The position numbers were made by a program, and so were the translations under genes. The notes beneath the pieces are model-generated. The model was not told where the DNA came from, made no database searches, and worked only from the letters and a program-made list of their open reading frames with translations. From positions 103,188 through 167,187 of the forward strand of contig DUVN01000028.1 of assembly GCA_012841015.1 (NCBI GenBank): 64,000 bases of DNA. Direction: 5' to 3'. This DNA comes from Clostridiaceae bacterium (GTDB lineage: Bacteria > Bacillota > Clostridia > Saccharofermentanales > DTU023). Of this stretch, positions 29,252 through 38,055 are shown in pieces (the stretch's first letter is position 1; the number at the start of each line of letters is the position of its first letter).

Positions 29252-30640
29252 ATGCGACGTAAACGCAAAATTGACGTATTGTTGATGACAACTGCGCTAG
29301 TTTTGGTGGCGGCACTTTTTGTTGCGTTTTCGATACGTCTGATTATTAATTCTCGTGAAGCAGAACCTGCCGCCTTATTCGCTAATGACGATGAATTGAC
29401 TCCGTACTCATCGGTGATAGGTGTGCCCCCCGATGGTAAAGTCCACGATGTCACATCTTCCGAGACTGTACGCTCCCTTGAAGATGAATTTGAAATAGCG
29501 GGTTTTATTGACCGTAACCTGCCTGATTTGGAGTACACGTTGCAGCCTATCGACACTAGTCTGGAAGAATTAGATGGCTCGCACGAGAAAACGACGACTC
29601 CTACATCGACGATATCTGCACCACGGTCTCCTAAGACGACAAAATCAGCTACGAAAAACAAAACGACGTCAACACGCGATCCAAAGGCGTTTGAGTCGGT
29701 CGACATTCGTTATTATGCCAACTCAAAAGTTGGTCTCAACCTACGTGAAAGTCCCTCAACTAATTCAGAGATTATTGAAAAGCTTGAATACGGTACGTCT
29801 TTACGCGTGATCGGGCTGAGCAAAGAGTGGGCGAAGGTGCGTTTGCCTGGTAAGTTGATCGGATACGTTTCGCGTGATTTTATTACGAAGTATAGACCAG
29901 CGACTGAGCCAACGAAGACAGTCCCGCCGACAACGACTACCGCCAAGCCGGCGACGCGCAAGACGACGACTCCTAAGACGACAACAGTTAAGAAGACAAC
30001 GAAGTCGACAACAGTTAAGACGACGAGCAAGACGACGACTCCTCAGACAACAACAGCTAAGACAACAACAAAATCGACAACAGAGAAGACGACCGTAAAA
30101 CCGCCAGAGGGTCCATTTCAATTTGTGAATCCGCCTTCAGGAGGGTCAAACAAAGTGGCCCACACCAACTTTAACCTTATCAAGCAATACGGTTTTATTA
30201 ACAAAGAGGGTAGTCCGTCGATCAATCGCCATTATGATTCGTTTACTGATAATGGGGACGGGACGATAACAGTTGACGGAATGACGCTCAGTTACGTCAA
30301 AGCAATGCCGGGGCGGCGTGCGACGTTCTACGATGGTTTGGCTGTCTGTGAGTATCAGATTAAACGTTATGGTGTGTGCAAAGGCGGGCACACAACACCG
30401 GTGAACCATCCAACAGCGTCTGGAATACTTGCGCAACGCGGTATCGTCGCTGTGTCAAAGGCTGACGCTTCGATATACCCGCGCGGAACGGTTGTTTTTG
30501 TGAGGGGTTATGGAATGGCCGTCGTGGGCGATAGGAGCGGGGGGTGCTTTGACTTGTGCTACGATGCAGGCGAGTGCTGGAGCCTCACACGCCGAAATTG
30601 GACGAACGGCATTTATATTATCACCTCAGTGGCGCCTTAA
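29252..30640 (+). CDS. Secreted/membrane-anchored cell-wall protein: SH3b domain, Thr/Lys/Pro-rich linker, C-terminal 3D (MltA/RlpA-like) domain
   Basis: ATG 29252 follows RBS GAGGAA. N-terminal TM/signal (VLLMTTALVLVAALFVAF). SH3b-like YYANSKVGLNLRESPSTNSEIIEKLEYGTSLRVIG...WAKVRL..GYVSRDFI. A (T/K)-rich linker spans ~29900-30100. The 3D-domain-like C-terminus is TASGILAQRGIVAVSKADASIYPRGTVVFVRGYGMAVVGDRSGG..FDLCYD. Confidence 0.75.
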   Translation: MRRKRKIDVLLMTTALVLVAALFVAFSIRLIINSREAEPAALFANDDELTPYSSVIGVPPDGKVHDVTSSETVRSLEDEFEIAGFIDRNLPDLEYTLQPIDTSLEELDGSHEKTTTPTSTISAPRSPKTTKSATKNKTTSTRDPKAFESVDIRYYANSKVGLNLRESPSTNSEIIEKLEYGTSLRVIGLSKEWAKVRLPGKLIGYVSRDFITKYRPATEPTKTVPPTTTTAKPATRKTTTPKTTTVKKTTKSTTVKTTSKTTTPQTTTAKTTTKSTTEKTTVKPPEGPFQFVNPPSGGSNKVAHTNFNLIKQYGFINKEGSPSINRHYDSFTDNGDGTITVDGMTLSYVKAMPGRRATFYDGLAVCEYQIKRYGVCKGGHTTPVNHPTASGILAQRGIVAVSKADASIYPRGTVVFVRGYGMAVVGDRSGGCFDLCYDAGECWSLTRRNWTNGIYIITSVAP

Positions 30641-30668
30641 TATCCTTAACATCTGAATCATAACGATC

Positions 30669-31541
30669 ATGCCTTACCGTACGTTACTTCGAGATTTCAA
30701 CTTGCGTCCGAATTATTCGCTCGGACAAGTTTTCCTTATCGACAATAATGTGATCGAGAGGATCTTGTCTATTCTCAATCTGAATCCCGATGATCGTGTC
30801 ATTGAGTTAGGTGCGGGGCCAGGGTTTATTACGAAACGAATGGCCGAATTGACAGCTGAGGTGGTTGCGATCGAGATAGACCGGAAATTTCAGCCGTTGC
30901 ACGAAGAGCTGTTCTCGACATTGCGAACAAAACCACTCGTTTTATATGAAGACGCTCTCATGGTTGACTATGAAGTGTATACGCAGGATGTGAAAGGACG
31001 TTTAGTCGTATTCGGCAATTTACCTTATTATGTGACGACCGACCTCATCTTGAATTCAGTACAACAATTGTCCTCGATGGCGTGTGCGCTTTTCATGATC
31101 GAGAAAGATGTTGAGGAGCGACTGGTGGCTCGTCCTGGATCAAAGAAATACGGTAGTCTTTCGATTATTACTGGGCTTTTCGGACAGTGGCGACATGAGC
31201 GAACTGTCTCGCGACATGCCTTTTCACCGAAGCCACATGTGACGTCATCATTAGTCTCGCTTAACCCATCCTGCGATGAGGACTGTAAAAAGCGAGCTGC
31301 TGATCCTTGTTTTCGCCGATTCCTCTCGGATGTCTTTCAATACAGAAGAAAAACTCTCGTGAACGCACTCAAAACGGCATATGATTCTTGCATTCAAATT
31401 GATGATTTGGTGCAGTTATTAACTGAACAGGGTTTTCGCCCCGACGTACGCGCTGAACAAATGAATCCATTTCAGTTTAAGGTTTTATTTGAATCACTCC
31501 GACTACCAATTTGTCACTTGGACGAGAATTCAGTATCATAA
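30669..31541 (+). CDS. rsmA: 16S rRNA (adenine1518/1519-N6)-dimethyltransferase
   Basis: LGQVFLIDNNVIERI, VIELGAGPGFIT (SAM motif I), GNLPYYVTT and FSPKPHVTSSLVSL. Confidence 0.9.
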   Translation: MPYRTLLRDFNLRPNYSLGQVFLIDNNVIERILSILNLNPDDRVIELGAGPGFITKRMAELTAEVVAIEIDRKFQPLHEELFSTLRTKPLVLYEDALMVDYEVYTQDVKGRLVVFGNLPYYVTTDLILNSVQQLSSMACALFMIEKDVEERLVARPGSKKYGSLSIITGLFGQWRHERTVSRHAFSPKPHVTSSLVSLNPSCDEDCKKRAADPCFRRFLSDVFQYRRKTLVNALKTAYDSCIQIDDLVQLLTEQGFRPDVRAEQMNPFQFKVLFESLRLPICHLDENSVS

Positions 31542-31565
31542 TGGGACTTGGAGGAGGTGTCAGTC

Positions 31566-32120
31566 GTGAACGCGCCCGTTGAACAGATTCAGGCTCGCAT
31601 TGGTAAAATTACGTATCAGCTGACGACAAGCGATGATCCGCAAAAAATGCGGGATATCGCGGCGACAGCTGATGCCATGATGAATCAAGTCGCCAAAAAA
31701 TCGCCTCAACTGAATCAGGTAGCGCAGGCAGTACTTGCACTTGTCAATGCCGTCAGTTTGATGGAAGAATCATACGAAAAGCTTCATAAGGCAAGAGCAG
31801 AGACTGAGCTCGCTATCCAAACGGCAGAAGAAATTAAGGCGGAACTTATACGCCAGCGTGAACTGTTTTGGCAAATGAAAAAAGAACTGCTCTATTATCG
31901 CAATCTCTGTGAAATCTATGAGACGAAGCTCTCCGAGAGAGCTGAAGTACTTGATGTCGAAGAGGCAAGGCCGACCCGCCGAACTCGACGTGGGCGCAAG
32001 CTACTTCTTGGAGATCTTCAGATGACGATTGAAGATGCCCTAATGAAATCCGATGCATCAGAAATTGACAATGATTGTGATTCGGATAGTGAATCAGATC
32101 TGGAAATCGTGTCGGAGTAG
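31566..32120 (+). CDS. zapA: ZapA-like cell-division protein with a coiled-coil and acidic C-terminus
   Basis: IGKITYQLTTSDDPQKMRDIAATADAMMNQVAKKSPQLNQVAQAVLALVNAV fits the ZapA family pattern. GTG 31566 follows RBS GGAGGAGG; the track start TTG 31548 lies inside the RBS. Confidence 0.6.
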   Translation: MNAPVEQIQARIGKITYQLTTSDDPQKMRDIAATADAMMNQVAKKSPQLNQVAQAVLALVNAVSLMEESYEKLHKARAETELAIQTAEEIKAELIRQRELFWQMKKELLYYRNLCEIYETKLSERAEVLDVEEARPTRRTRRGRKLLLGDLQMTIEDALMKSDASEIDNDCDSDSESDLEIVSE

Positions 32121-32263
32121 AAAATTATTTCAAGAAGCATTGATATTTCGACACTTGGGTTCAAAATGATTAGATTGATTGGCTGAGTAGAGTGGGCGAT
32201 TATAGTGTACTGACCGAGATATGCATCGGTCGAAGCGACTGATCAGCCGGACATGTTATCGAT

Positions 32264-32977
32264 TTGGAAAAGGTTCGCGTAACAGAGAATAAGATAAGTC
32301 GCATTCGAGAAAAAAGTAGGGATAAAAGGAGAGCTATTCGCATAGACATGGACGAAAGAGTCAAAGAGATAGAGAATATAGTATATATACAATTGGATGA
32401 AGGGGCTATCTTACCGACGCGTGCTTCGACACATGCAGCGGGATTTGACCTTTTTGCTGCTATGGATACCGTCATTGAACCTGGGCAGACGGTGCTCGTA
32501 TCGACAGGTGTCAGGTTAGCGATGCCGCCAGAACTTGAAGCTCAGGTGCGTCCACGCAGCGGTTTATCGCTACGCACGAGTCTTCGTGTCTCGAATTCGC
32601 CGGGAACAGTTGATCCTGATTATAGGGGACTTGTTTCTGTTATCTGTGAAAATACGGCCTCCTTGTTCGATCCGATCCCGTACCTCTTAAAGCACCCCGA
32701 AGAGCTTTCTGATTTCAATAAACGTTACAGAGCGATACCGGCCGCAACTTTCTTCAAAAATCAGACAGGGAGGACGTTACCGTTCGGTTTTCATGATCCG
32801 ACGATCTTTGTCGATGAGAATGGTCACCCGCTCGGGAGCCTTTACATCCGTAAAGGAGATCGAATTGCACAGCTAATTTTTTCAGAGATCGTGATCCCTG
32901 AGTTGAACGTTGTAGATGAAGTGGCGAGTATAGGGAGCGATCGAGGCGGCGGTTTCGGCTCAACGGGTACGCGGTAG
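32264..32977 (+). CDS. dut: dUTP diphosphatase (trimeric type) carrying a ~55-aa insertion between motifs III and IV
   Basis: Motifs AAGFDL, RPRSGL, GTVDPDYRG, KGDRIAQL and C-terminal RGGGFGSTG. The segment between ICEN and IRKGDRIAQ is 64 aa (32654-32845) rather than the usual ~8-10. The start is uncertain (TTG 32264 or ATG 32348). Confidence 0.85.
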   Translation: MEKVRVTENKISRIREKSRDKRRAIRIDMDERVKEIENIVYIQLDEGAILPTRASTHAAGFDLFAAMDTVIEPGQTVLVSTGVRLAMPPELEAQVRPRSGLSLRTSLRVSNSPGTVDPDYRGLVSVICENTASLFDPIPYLLKHPEELSDFNKRYRAIPAATFFKNQTGRTLPFGFHDPTIFVDENGHPLGSLYIRKGDRIAQLIFSEIVIPELNVVDEVASIGSDRGGGFGSTGTR

Positions 32978-33355
32978 AGATGAATTTCACAGCATAATTG
33001 CTTTCTTCAGTCTGAAGTCCTGTTATGCGTCTTACCTTCCAGTAAAAAAATGCATCTTAGTGATCTCAAGCATGGTGGTCTATTGTTTTCCGTGCATTGA
33101 TCGCATGTGAATGGACTCTTCCCAAAACAAGACGTTATCTTCTTTGTTTTCATTCCTTATGTAATTAAAATAAAAAAGAAACAATATTGTAAATACAGTC
33201 AAATAATGTATGATGAACATAGGTCAAGAGGAGTACTTTACTGAGTAATTATTTGATCAAGAGTGTACGTCTCTCGGCGAAGTAACTGCCCAAATCCGCA
33301 AAAATGCGGCAAAGGCGCGATCGCGCAGTCTAAACAGAAAGGTGGTGCAGCCCCT

Positions 33356-34339
33356 ATGAAACGGACGGAAAAGATGCTGAAAAGCTTGTTGTTCAGTATC
33401 CTATGCTTATCCATTGTGATAGGTCTGTGGATCACAGGATCGAGAGATGTACATGCGGACTTAGTCCGCTCCAAGATCACTGTCAAAACAGACCGCGAGC
33501 TGTATCAAGGAGCAGATATCGCGGCTTTTCTCAAGGGAATTAGGCTTACCGCTCCGCTTGCGGGCGCTATTAAAGATTACTACTTTACTCTCCTCTATGA
33601 AGATGAAGGTGGAGTTCCGACTGAGGTGAGTTCGGGAAAAGCTAAGGTGGGGAACTATATTCTTGCGTATAGGATTGAGCTGACAAGCGGCAATGTTTTC
33701 GACGAACCGGAGAATATTGAGGTCAAATTGAATGGTAGGAATGGCGTAGCTGAAGAACCATTCGAAGGTTCACACATATCTACCGGATACTGGTACATCG
33801 AGTCCGTCCGTCTGTACAAAGTTGTTTTTAACGCGAGAGGTGGTACACCTGTCCCCAAAACACAATGGGTCAAGGAAGGCTCCACCATCAAAAAACCGCA
33901 GGATCCGACGAAAGAAGGATATAAATTCAAATATTGGGGCATGGAGATTGCTGACTACTTTGAGCCTTGGGATTTTTCTGATCTTTTGGGGAAAGGATAC
34001 GACCCACAGATCCTCAACGCAGTCTGGGAAGCGTTGCCGCCACCCCCGACCACCACAACGACTATTACCACCACAACAACAGAAGAGCCGACAACACCTG
34101 AAATAACTGAAACGAATGAGGTGACGATACCCACCGAGACATCAACACCTGACGATCTGACAGACGCGGCGTTGGTCGCTAGCGAGGAAACGACACCTTC
34201 CGACGATAGTCAAGAGGGTGGAACGAAATTCCCACTCCTGATCATCATAGTCGGTACTCTGCTTCTTACATGGACAGTTGCTTTAATTGTATTTAGCGTT
34301 CTCAAAAGCCGGCAGAAGAAAGAAACGAGACCGAACTGA
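33356..34339 (+). CDS. Surface protein paralogue 1: signal peptide, unknown ~150-aa domain, Listeria-Bacteroides (Flg_new) repeat, Thr-rich stalk, C-terminal TM anchor
   Basis: MKRTEKMLKSLLFSILCLSIVIGLWITGSRDVHA (signal). YKVVFNARGGTPVPKTQWVKEGSTIKKPQDPTKEGYKFKYWG...AVWE (Flg_new-type repeat). PPPPTTTTTITTTTTEEPTTPEITE. FPLLIIIVGTLLLTWTVALIVFSVL plus KSRQKKE. ATG 33356 follows a conserved leader with GAAAGGTGG. Confidence 0.8.
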   Translation: MKRTEKMLKSLLFSILCLSIVIGLWITGSRDVHADLVRSKITVKTDRELYQGADIAAFLKGIRLTAPLAGAIKDYYFTLLYEDEGGVPTEVSSGKAKVGNYILAYRIELTSGNVFDEPENIEVKLNGRNGVAEEPFEGSHISTGYWYIESVRLYKVVFNARGGTPVPKTQWVKEGSTIKKPQDPTKEGYKFKYWGMEIADYFEPWDFSDLLGKGYDPQILNAVWEALPPPPTTTTTITTTTTEEPTTPEITETNEVTIPTETSTPDDLTDAALVASEETTPSDDSQEGGTKFPLLIIIVGTLLLTWTVALIVFSVLKSRQKKETRPN

Positions 34340-34411
34340 TTCAGTAGCCATGTGCAAAATGTGGCAAAAGGGCGATATAGCAGACAAATAATGAAAGGTG
34401 ATCGTGCCACT

Positions 34412-35452
34412 ATGAAACGGACGGAAAGAATACTAAAGGGCGTGTTGCTCTGTATCTTATGCCTATCGATCATGATGGGTCCGTGGATTGCGAGGTCGAG
34501 AGATGTGCATGCGGTCATTGATACCTGCTACTCCAGAATCGAAGTCAAAACAGATGGGTTATTCAGGGGAACAGACATCAAAGCTTTTCTAAAGGGTTTG
34601 AAGCTCATCTATCCTCCCGTAGAAAATGTTACTTACAAGTTCACCCTTTACGTTCTAGATGAAAATGGTGTGCGGACCAAGGTGAGTTCCGGGCAAGCTC
34701 GAGCTGCGGCATATGATCTTGAATATAAAATAGTCATTAAGAAAGAAGTTCCTGATACTGTATTTGATAAAGCAGAAAATATAGTGGCTATGCTGAATGG
34801 TCTAGAAGCTATCGTTGATTATCATGATGACTATTATAAAGGTTCTGGCCTTTCAACTCTATCTACCGGTTATTGGGAAATCGATTCAGGTGACAGGAAC
34901 AAAGTTACCTTCGACGCACAAGGTGGAAAACCTGTCCCTAAGACACAATGGCTTGACGGTGGATACGAAAAAGTCAAAAAACCGACGAATCCGTCTAAAG
35001 AGGGCTTTAAATTCAAAGGTTGGTACTTTAAGGATGTCGGTAAAAATAAGTTATGGGATTTTTCCAAGCCTTTGGGGGAGATATACGACCTCAATCTCTT
35101 TGCCGTGTGGGAAAAGTTGCCGCCTTCCACGACCACAACTACAACCACGACAACGACTACAACCACGACGACAGAAGAGCCGACAACCATCGCAATGACG
35201 ACGGAGCGGCCGACAACACCTGAAATAACTGAAACGGATGAGGCGACGACACCCGCCGAGCCGACAACGTCTGACGACCTGACAGTCCCGGCCCTAGTCG
35301 CTAGCGAGGAAACGACACCTTCCGATGATAATAAAGAGGGTGGAAAGAAATTCCCGCTCCTGCTTATCATCGTCGGTGGTCTGCTCCTCGCATGGACAGT
35401 CGCTTTGTTTGTATTGACTGTTCTCCAAAGGCGGAAGAAGGAAGAACATTGA
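34412..35452 (+). CDS. Surface protein paralogue 2 (same architecture)
   Basis: MKRTERILKGVLLCILCLSIMMGPWIARSRDVHA, NKVTFDAQGGKPVPKTQWLDGGYEKVKKPTNPSKEGFKFKGWYF...AVWE, a Thr run and a C-terminal TM. ATG 34412 lies after the conserved leader. Confidence 0.8.
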   Translation: MKRTERILKGVLLCILCLSIMMGPWIARSRDVHAVIDTCYSRIEVKTDGLFRGTDIKAFLKGLKLIYPPVENVTYKFTLYVLDENGVRTKVSSGQARAAAYDLEYKIVIKKEVPDTVFDKAENIVAMLNGLEAIVDYHDDYYKGSGLSTLSTGYWEIDSGDRNKVTFDAQGGKPVPKTQWLDGGYEKVKKPTNPSKEGFKFKGWYFKDVGKNKLWDFSKPLGEIYDLNLFAVWEKLPPSTTTTTTTTTTTTTTTEEPTTIAMTTERPTTPEITETDEATTPAEPTTSDDLTVPALVASEETTPSDDNKEGGKKFPLLLIIVGGLLLAWTVALFVLTVLQRRKKEEH

Positions 35453-35464
35453 CCGAAAAGTGCC

Positions 35465-35625
35465 GCGATGAGCTTTCTGACTTTAATAATCGTTACAGGG
35501 TGATACCTGCTACGACGTATTTAGGAATTGGTTGGGCGTTGCTTTTCGGTTTTCACGATCCGGCGATTATTGTCGATGCGAAAGGTCATCCGGTCGGGAG
35601 TCTTTGCAGCCTCTCGGTAAAGTAG
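35465..35625 (+). pseudogene. Orphan fragment homologous to the insertion segment of dut
   Basis: It translates as DELSDFNNRYRVIPATTYLGIGWALLFGFHDPAIIVDAKGHPVGSL. The dut segment 32700-32842 reads EELSDFNKRYRAIPAATFFKNQTGRTLPFGFHDPTIFVDENGHPLGSL. The flanking dUTPase catalytic motifs are absent and there is no independent start or RBS. Confidence 0.8.
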
Positions 35626-35695
35626 CTTTCTAGGGCTCGCAAAAAGTGGCAAAGCGCGACAGCGCAGACAAATAACGAAAGGTGGTGGTGCCACT

Positions 35696-36715
35696 ATGAA
35701 ATGGACGAAAAAAATACTGAAGGGCTTGTTGCTCTGCGTCTTATCCTTATCGATCATGACAGGTTTGTGGATTACGGAACCGAAAGATGTACATGCCTAT
35801 ATGGTCTACTCTGAGGTTCACGTCGTCGATACATATCAGTTTTACAGGGGGGGAAGTGTCGCAGCTTTTCTAAAGGGTTTAAAGATCACCTATCCTCCAG
35901 CGAGCGCTATCAAGAGGTGCAAGTTTGGCCTTTCCTACTTAAATAATAAAGGGGTACGGATCAAGGTGAGTTCCGGGGAAATTAAGTATTTGCCCTATGA
36001 TATTGAGTATGAAATTGAGCTGTATTCTGACTGTATTTTTGACTACGAGAATCTAGAGGTTTTGCTGAATGGATTACGTGCCCGCATCGATGAAGGCCCG
36101 GATAATCATTATGTTTCTGGCTACTGGCAACTAGATCCATACGAAAGGAACAAAATTACCTTCGACGCGCGAGGTGGAAAACCGGTTCCAAAAGTACAAT
36201 GGATTGAATATGCATCCGAAAAGATAAAAAAACCGAAAAATCCGGTCAAAGAGGGCTACAAATTTTTAGGTTGGTTCTTTAAGGACGCCGGTAAATATAA
36301 ATTATGGAATTTCTCCAAGCCTTTGGGGCGTAATGACGACCTAACTCTGTATGCTTTATGGGACCAGTTGCCTTCCCCCACAACTACTACAACGACAACG
36401 ACCCCGCCAACCACGACAATAACCACAACCACACCAACCACGACAACGACTACCACAACGCCATCTACAACTACAGCGGAGAAGCTGACAACGCTTGAAA
36501 TAACTGAAACAGAGGAAATATCGACGTCTGAGACAATTGCATCTGACGACTTGACGAGCACAGCACCTGTTATCGGTGAGGAGACGACTGCACCTGATGA
36601 TAAAAAAGAAGGTGGAAAGAACTTCCCGCTCCTGCTTATCATTATCGGTGCTCTGCTTCTCACATGGACAGTCGCTTTAATTGTCTTTACCGTTATGCGA
36701 AGGCGTAAAAAGTAA
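35696..36715 (+). CDS. Surface protein paralogue 3 (same architecture; contains a G7 tract at 35847-35853)
   Basis: MKWTKKILKGLLLCVLSLSIMTGLWITEPKDVHA, NKITFDARGGKPVPKVQWIEYASEKIKKPKNPVKEGYKFLGWFF...ALWD, a Thr-rich stalk and a C-terminal TM plus RRRKK. Confidence 0.8.
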   Translation: MKWTKKILKGLLLCVLSLSIMTGLWITEPKDVHAYMVYSEVHVVDTYQFYRGGSVAAFLKGLKITYPPASAIKRCKFGLSYLNNKGVRIKVSSGEIKYLPYDIEYEIELYSDCIFDYENLEVLLNGLRARIDEGPDNHYVSGYWQLDPYERNKITFDARGGKPVPKVQWIEYASEKIKKPKNPVKEGYKFLGWFFKDAGKYKLWNFSKPLGRNDDLTLYALWDQLPSPTTTTTTTTPPTTTITTTTPTTTTTTTTPSTTTAEKLTTLEITETEEISTSETIASDDLTSTAPVIGEETTAPDDKKEGGKNFPLLLIIIGALLLTWTVALIVFTVMRRRKK

Positions 36716-36820
36716 GAAGTATGACCGTACCAATTCATAAGTCATGACTTTGTTACTTGATTCAATCGGTTTGTACAAAGTCACGATTTACTGAAAAGTG
36801 GATTTATACTTTAAATTTCA

Positions 36821-36868
36821 AAGTGCAAGGGTTCCGGTGTTTGATGCCCTCTCCCTTGCACTTTTTAT
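36821..36868. terminator. Bidirectional terminator between paralogue 3 and the convergent dehydrogenase operon
   Basis: A perfect 11-bp stem AAGTGCAAGGG (36821-36831) / CCCTTGCACTT (36853-36863) with a 21-nt loop, followed by TTTAT. Confidence 0.6.
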
Positions 36869-36900
36869 GCGGAGCAATCGTCTGCAATATAACAGGAAGG

Positions 36901-38055
36901 TTAGACGACCGAGTGTTCGAAGACGAGTTCGCGCCGTTCAAAACGACCGACATCGAGATCGGAGACATCGATCGTCAGAGATTCCCCAAGTATCATCTCG
37001 GTGATGAGCTGAGCCGTTGCAGGCGCGAGCATAAAGCCATGGCCGCTGAAACCGCAGGCGAGGTACATGCCCTCCAAGCCGGGGACAGGCCCGTAGATCG
37101 GCTGCGCGTCTTCCGTCATGCAGTAGTGTCCCGCCCACTGTCTCAAGATATTGGCCGTTCTCAAAGCGGGGAGGAGCTTGCTGCACGTCTTCGTCATTTC
37201 TTCGACAAATTTCCAGCCTGACGTCGTCCTGAAGTCGAGAGGCTCGGTGTTATCGCTGCGCCCCATGATGATCGATCCGTGGGGTACCTGTTGGATGTAG
37301 ATGTTGTAGGAGAATCCCATCACCATAGGGCTGAAGATCGGCTCCAGAGGCTCTGTGACAAGGACCTGGTGGCGTTGCACGTAGGTGGGGATATCGATGT
37401 CCGCCATCGCACCGATCGCCTTTGACCACCCTCCAGCCGCGTTGACGACGATATCCGTCGCGATGCGGCCGCGTGTCGTCTCAACGCTCCCGATGCGTCC
37501 ATTTTTGACGTCAATGCCTGTGACTTCCGTATGTTTGAAAATCTTGACACCTAATCGCTCCGCAGCCAAGGCAAACGCATCTGTCGTGTGGAACGGGTTT
37601 AAGTGGCCGTCTTTTTGGCAAAAGGTAGCGGCAACGAACTGAGATGTGTCGAGTATCGGCACAATCTCGCGCGCTTCTTCCGGTGTTAAGTAAACAGAGG
37701 GGATACCGAGGCTATTTTGTAATTTGACGTTCTTTTTGAATTGCTCTGCTTCCTTTTCATTAACGGCGACGATCAAGTAGCCGCATTGTTCGAATTCGAT
37801 ATCGCGCTCATATTGGAGCGTTTCGTTCGCCATTTCAAAAAAGTCGACAGAGTACTGCGCTAGACGACAATTTTTCTCAGCCGCCCATTGCATGCGGATG
37901 CCTGCACCACAGCGTCCTGTTGAGCCGTTTGCCAGCGTATCCTTTTCGAGTACGACAATATCCTTGATGCCACGGTTGGCAAGATTCCAAGCGATCGCAC
38001 ATCCCGAGATGCCGCCTCCGATGATGACGATTGATGCTGATTTTGGTAACGTCAT
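36901..38055 (-). CDS. FAD-dependent oxidoreductase, DAO family (sarcosine oxidase beta / archaeal proline dehydrogenase beta-like catalytic subunit)
   Basis: IVIIGGGISGCAIAWNLANRG dinucleotide fold, 384 aa, and C-terminal CGFSGHGFMLAP typical of the DAO/SoxB family. Last gene of the operon; its start overlaps the upstream stop (ATGA). Confidence 0.8.
   Translation of the reverse strand: MTLPKSASIVIIGGGISGCAIAWNLANRGIKDIVVLEKDTLANGSTGRCGAGIRMQWAAEKNCRLAQYSVDFFEMANETLQYERDIEFEQCGYLIVAVNEKEAEQFKKNVKLQNSLGIPSVYLTPEEAREIVPILDTSQFVAATFCQKDGHLNPFHTTDAFALAAERLGVKIFKHTEVTGIDVKNGRIGSVETTRGRIATDIVVNAAGGWSKAIGAMADIDIPTYVQRHQVLVTEPLEPIFSPMVMGFSYNIYIQQVPHGSIIMGRSDNTEPLDFRTTSGWKFVEEMTKTCSKLLPALRTANILRQWAGHYCMTEDAQPIYGPVPGLEGMYLACGFSGHGFMLAPATAQLITEMILGESLTIDVSDLDVGRFERRELVFEHSVV

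Noticed and set aside
29713-30121. ORFs on the opposite strand or other frames across Thr-rich linkers (29713-30030, 29801-30121, 29874-30098; likewise 34870-35370 and 36256-36738)
   Set aside because: They are produced by the ACN/ACG-rich low-complexity linker coding sequence of the plus-strand surface proteins. Their translations are homopolymer-like (V/R/C runs) and non-biological.
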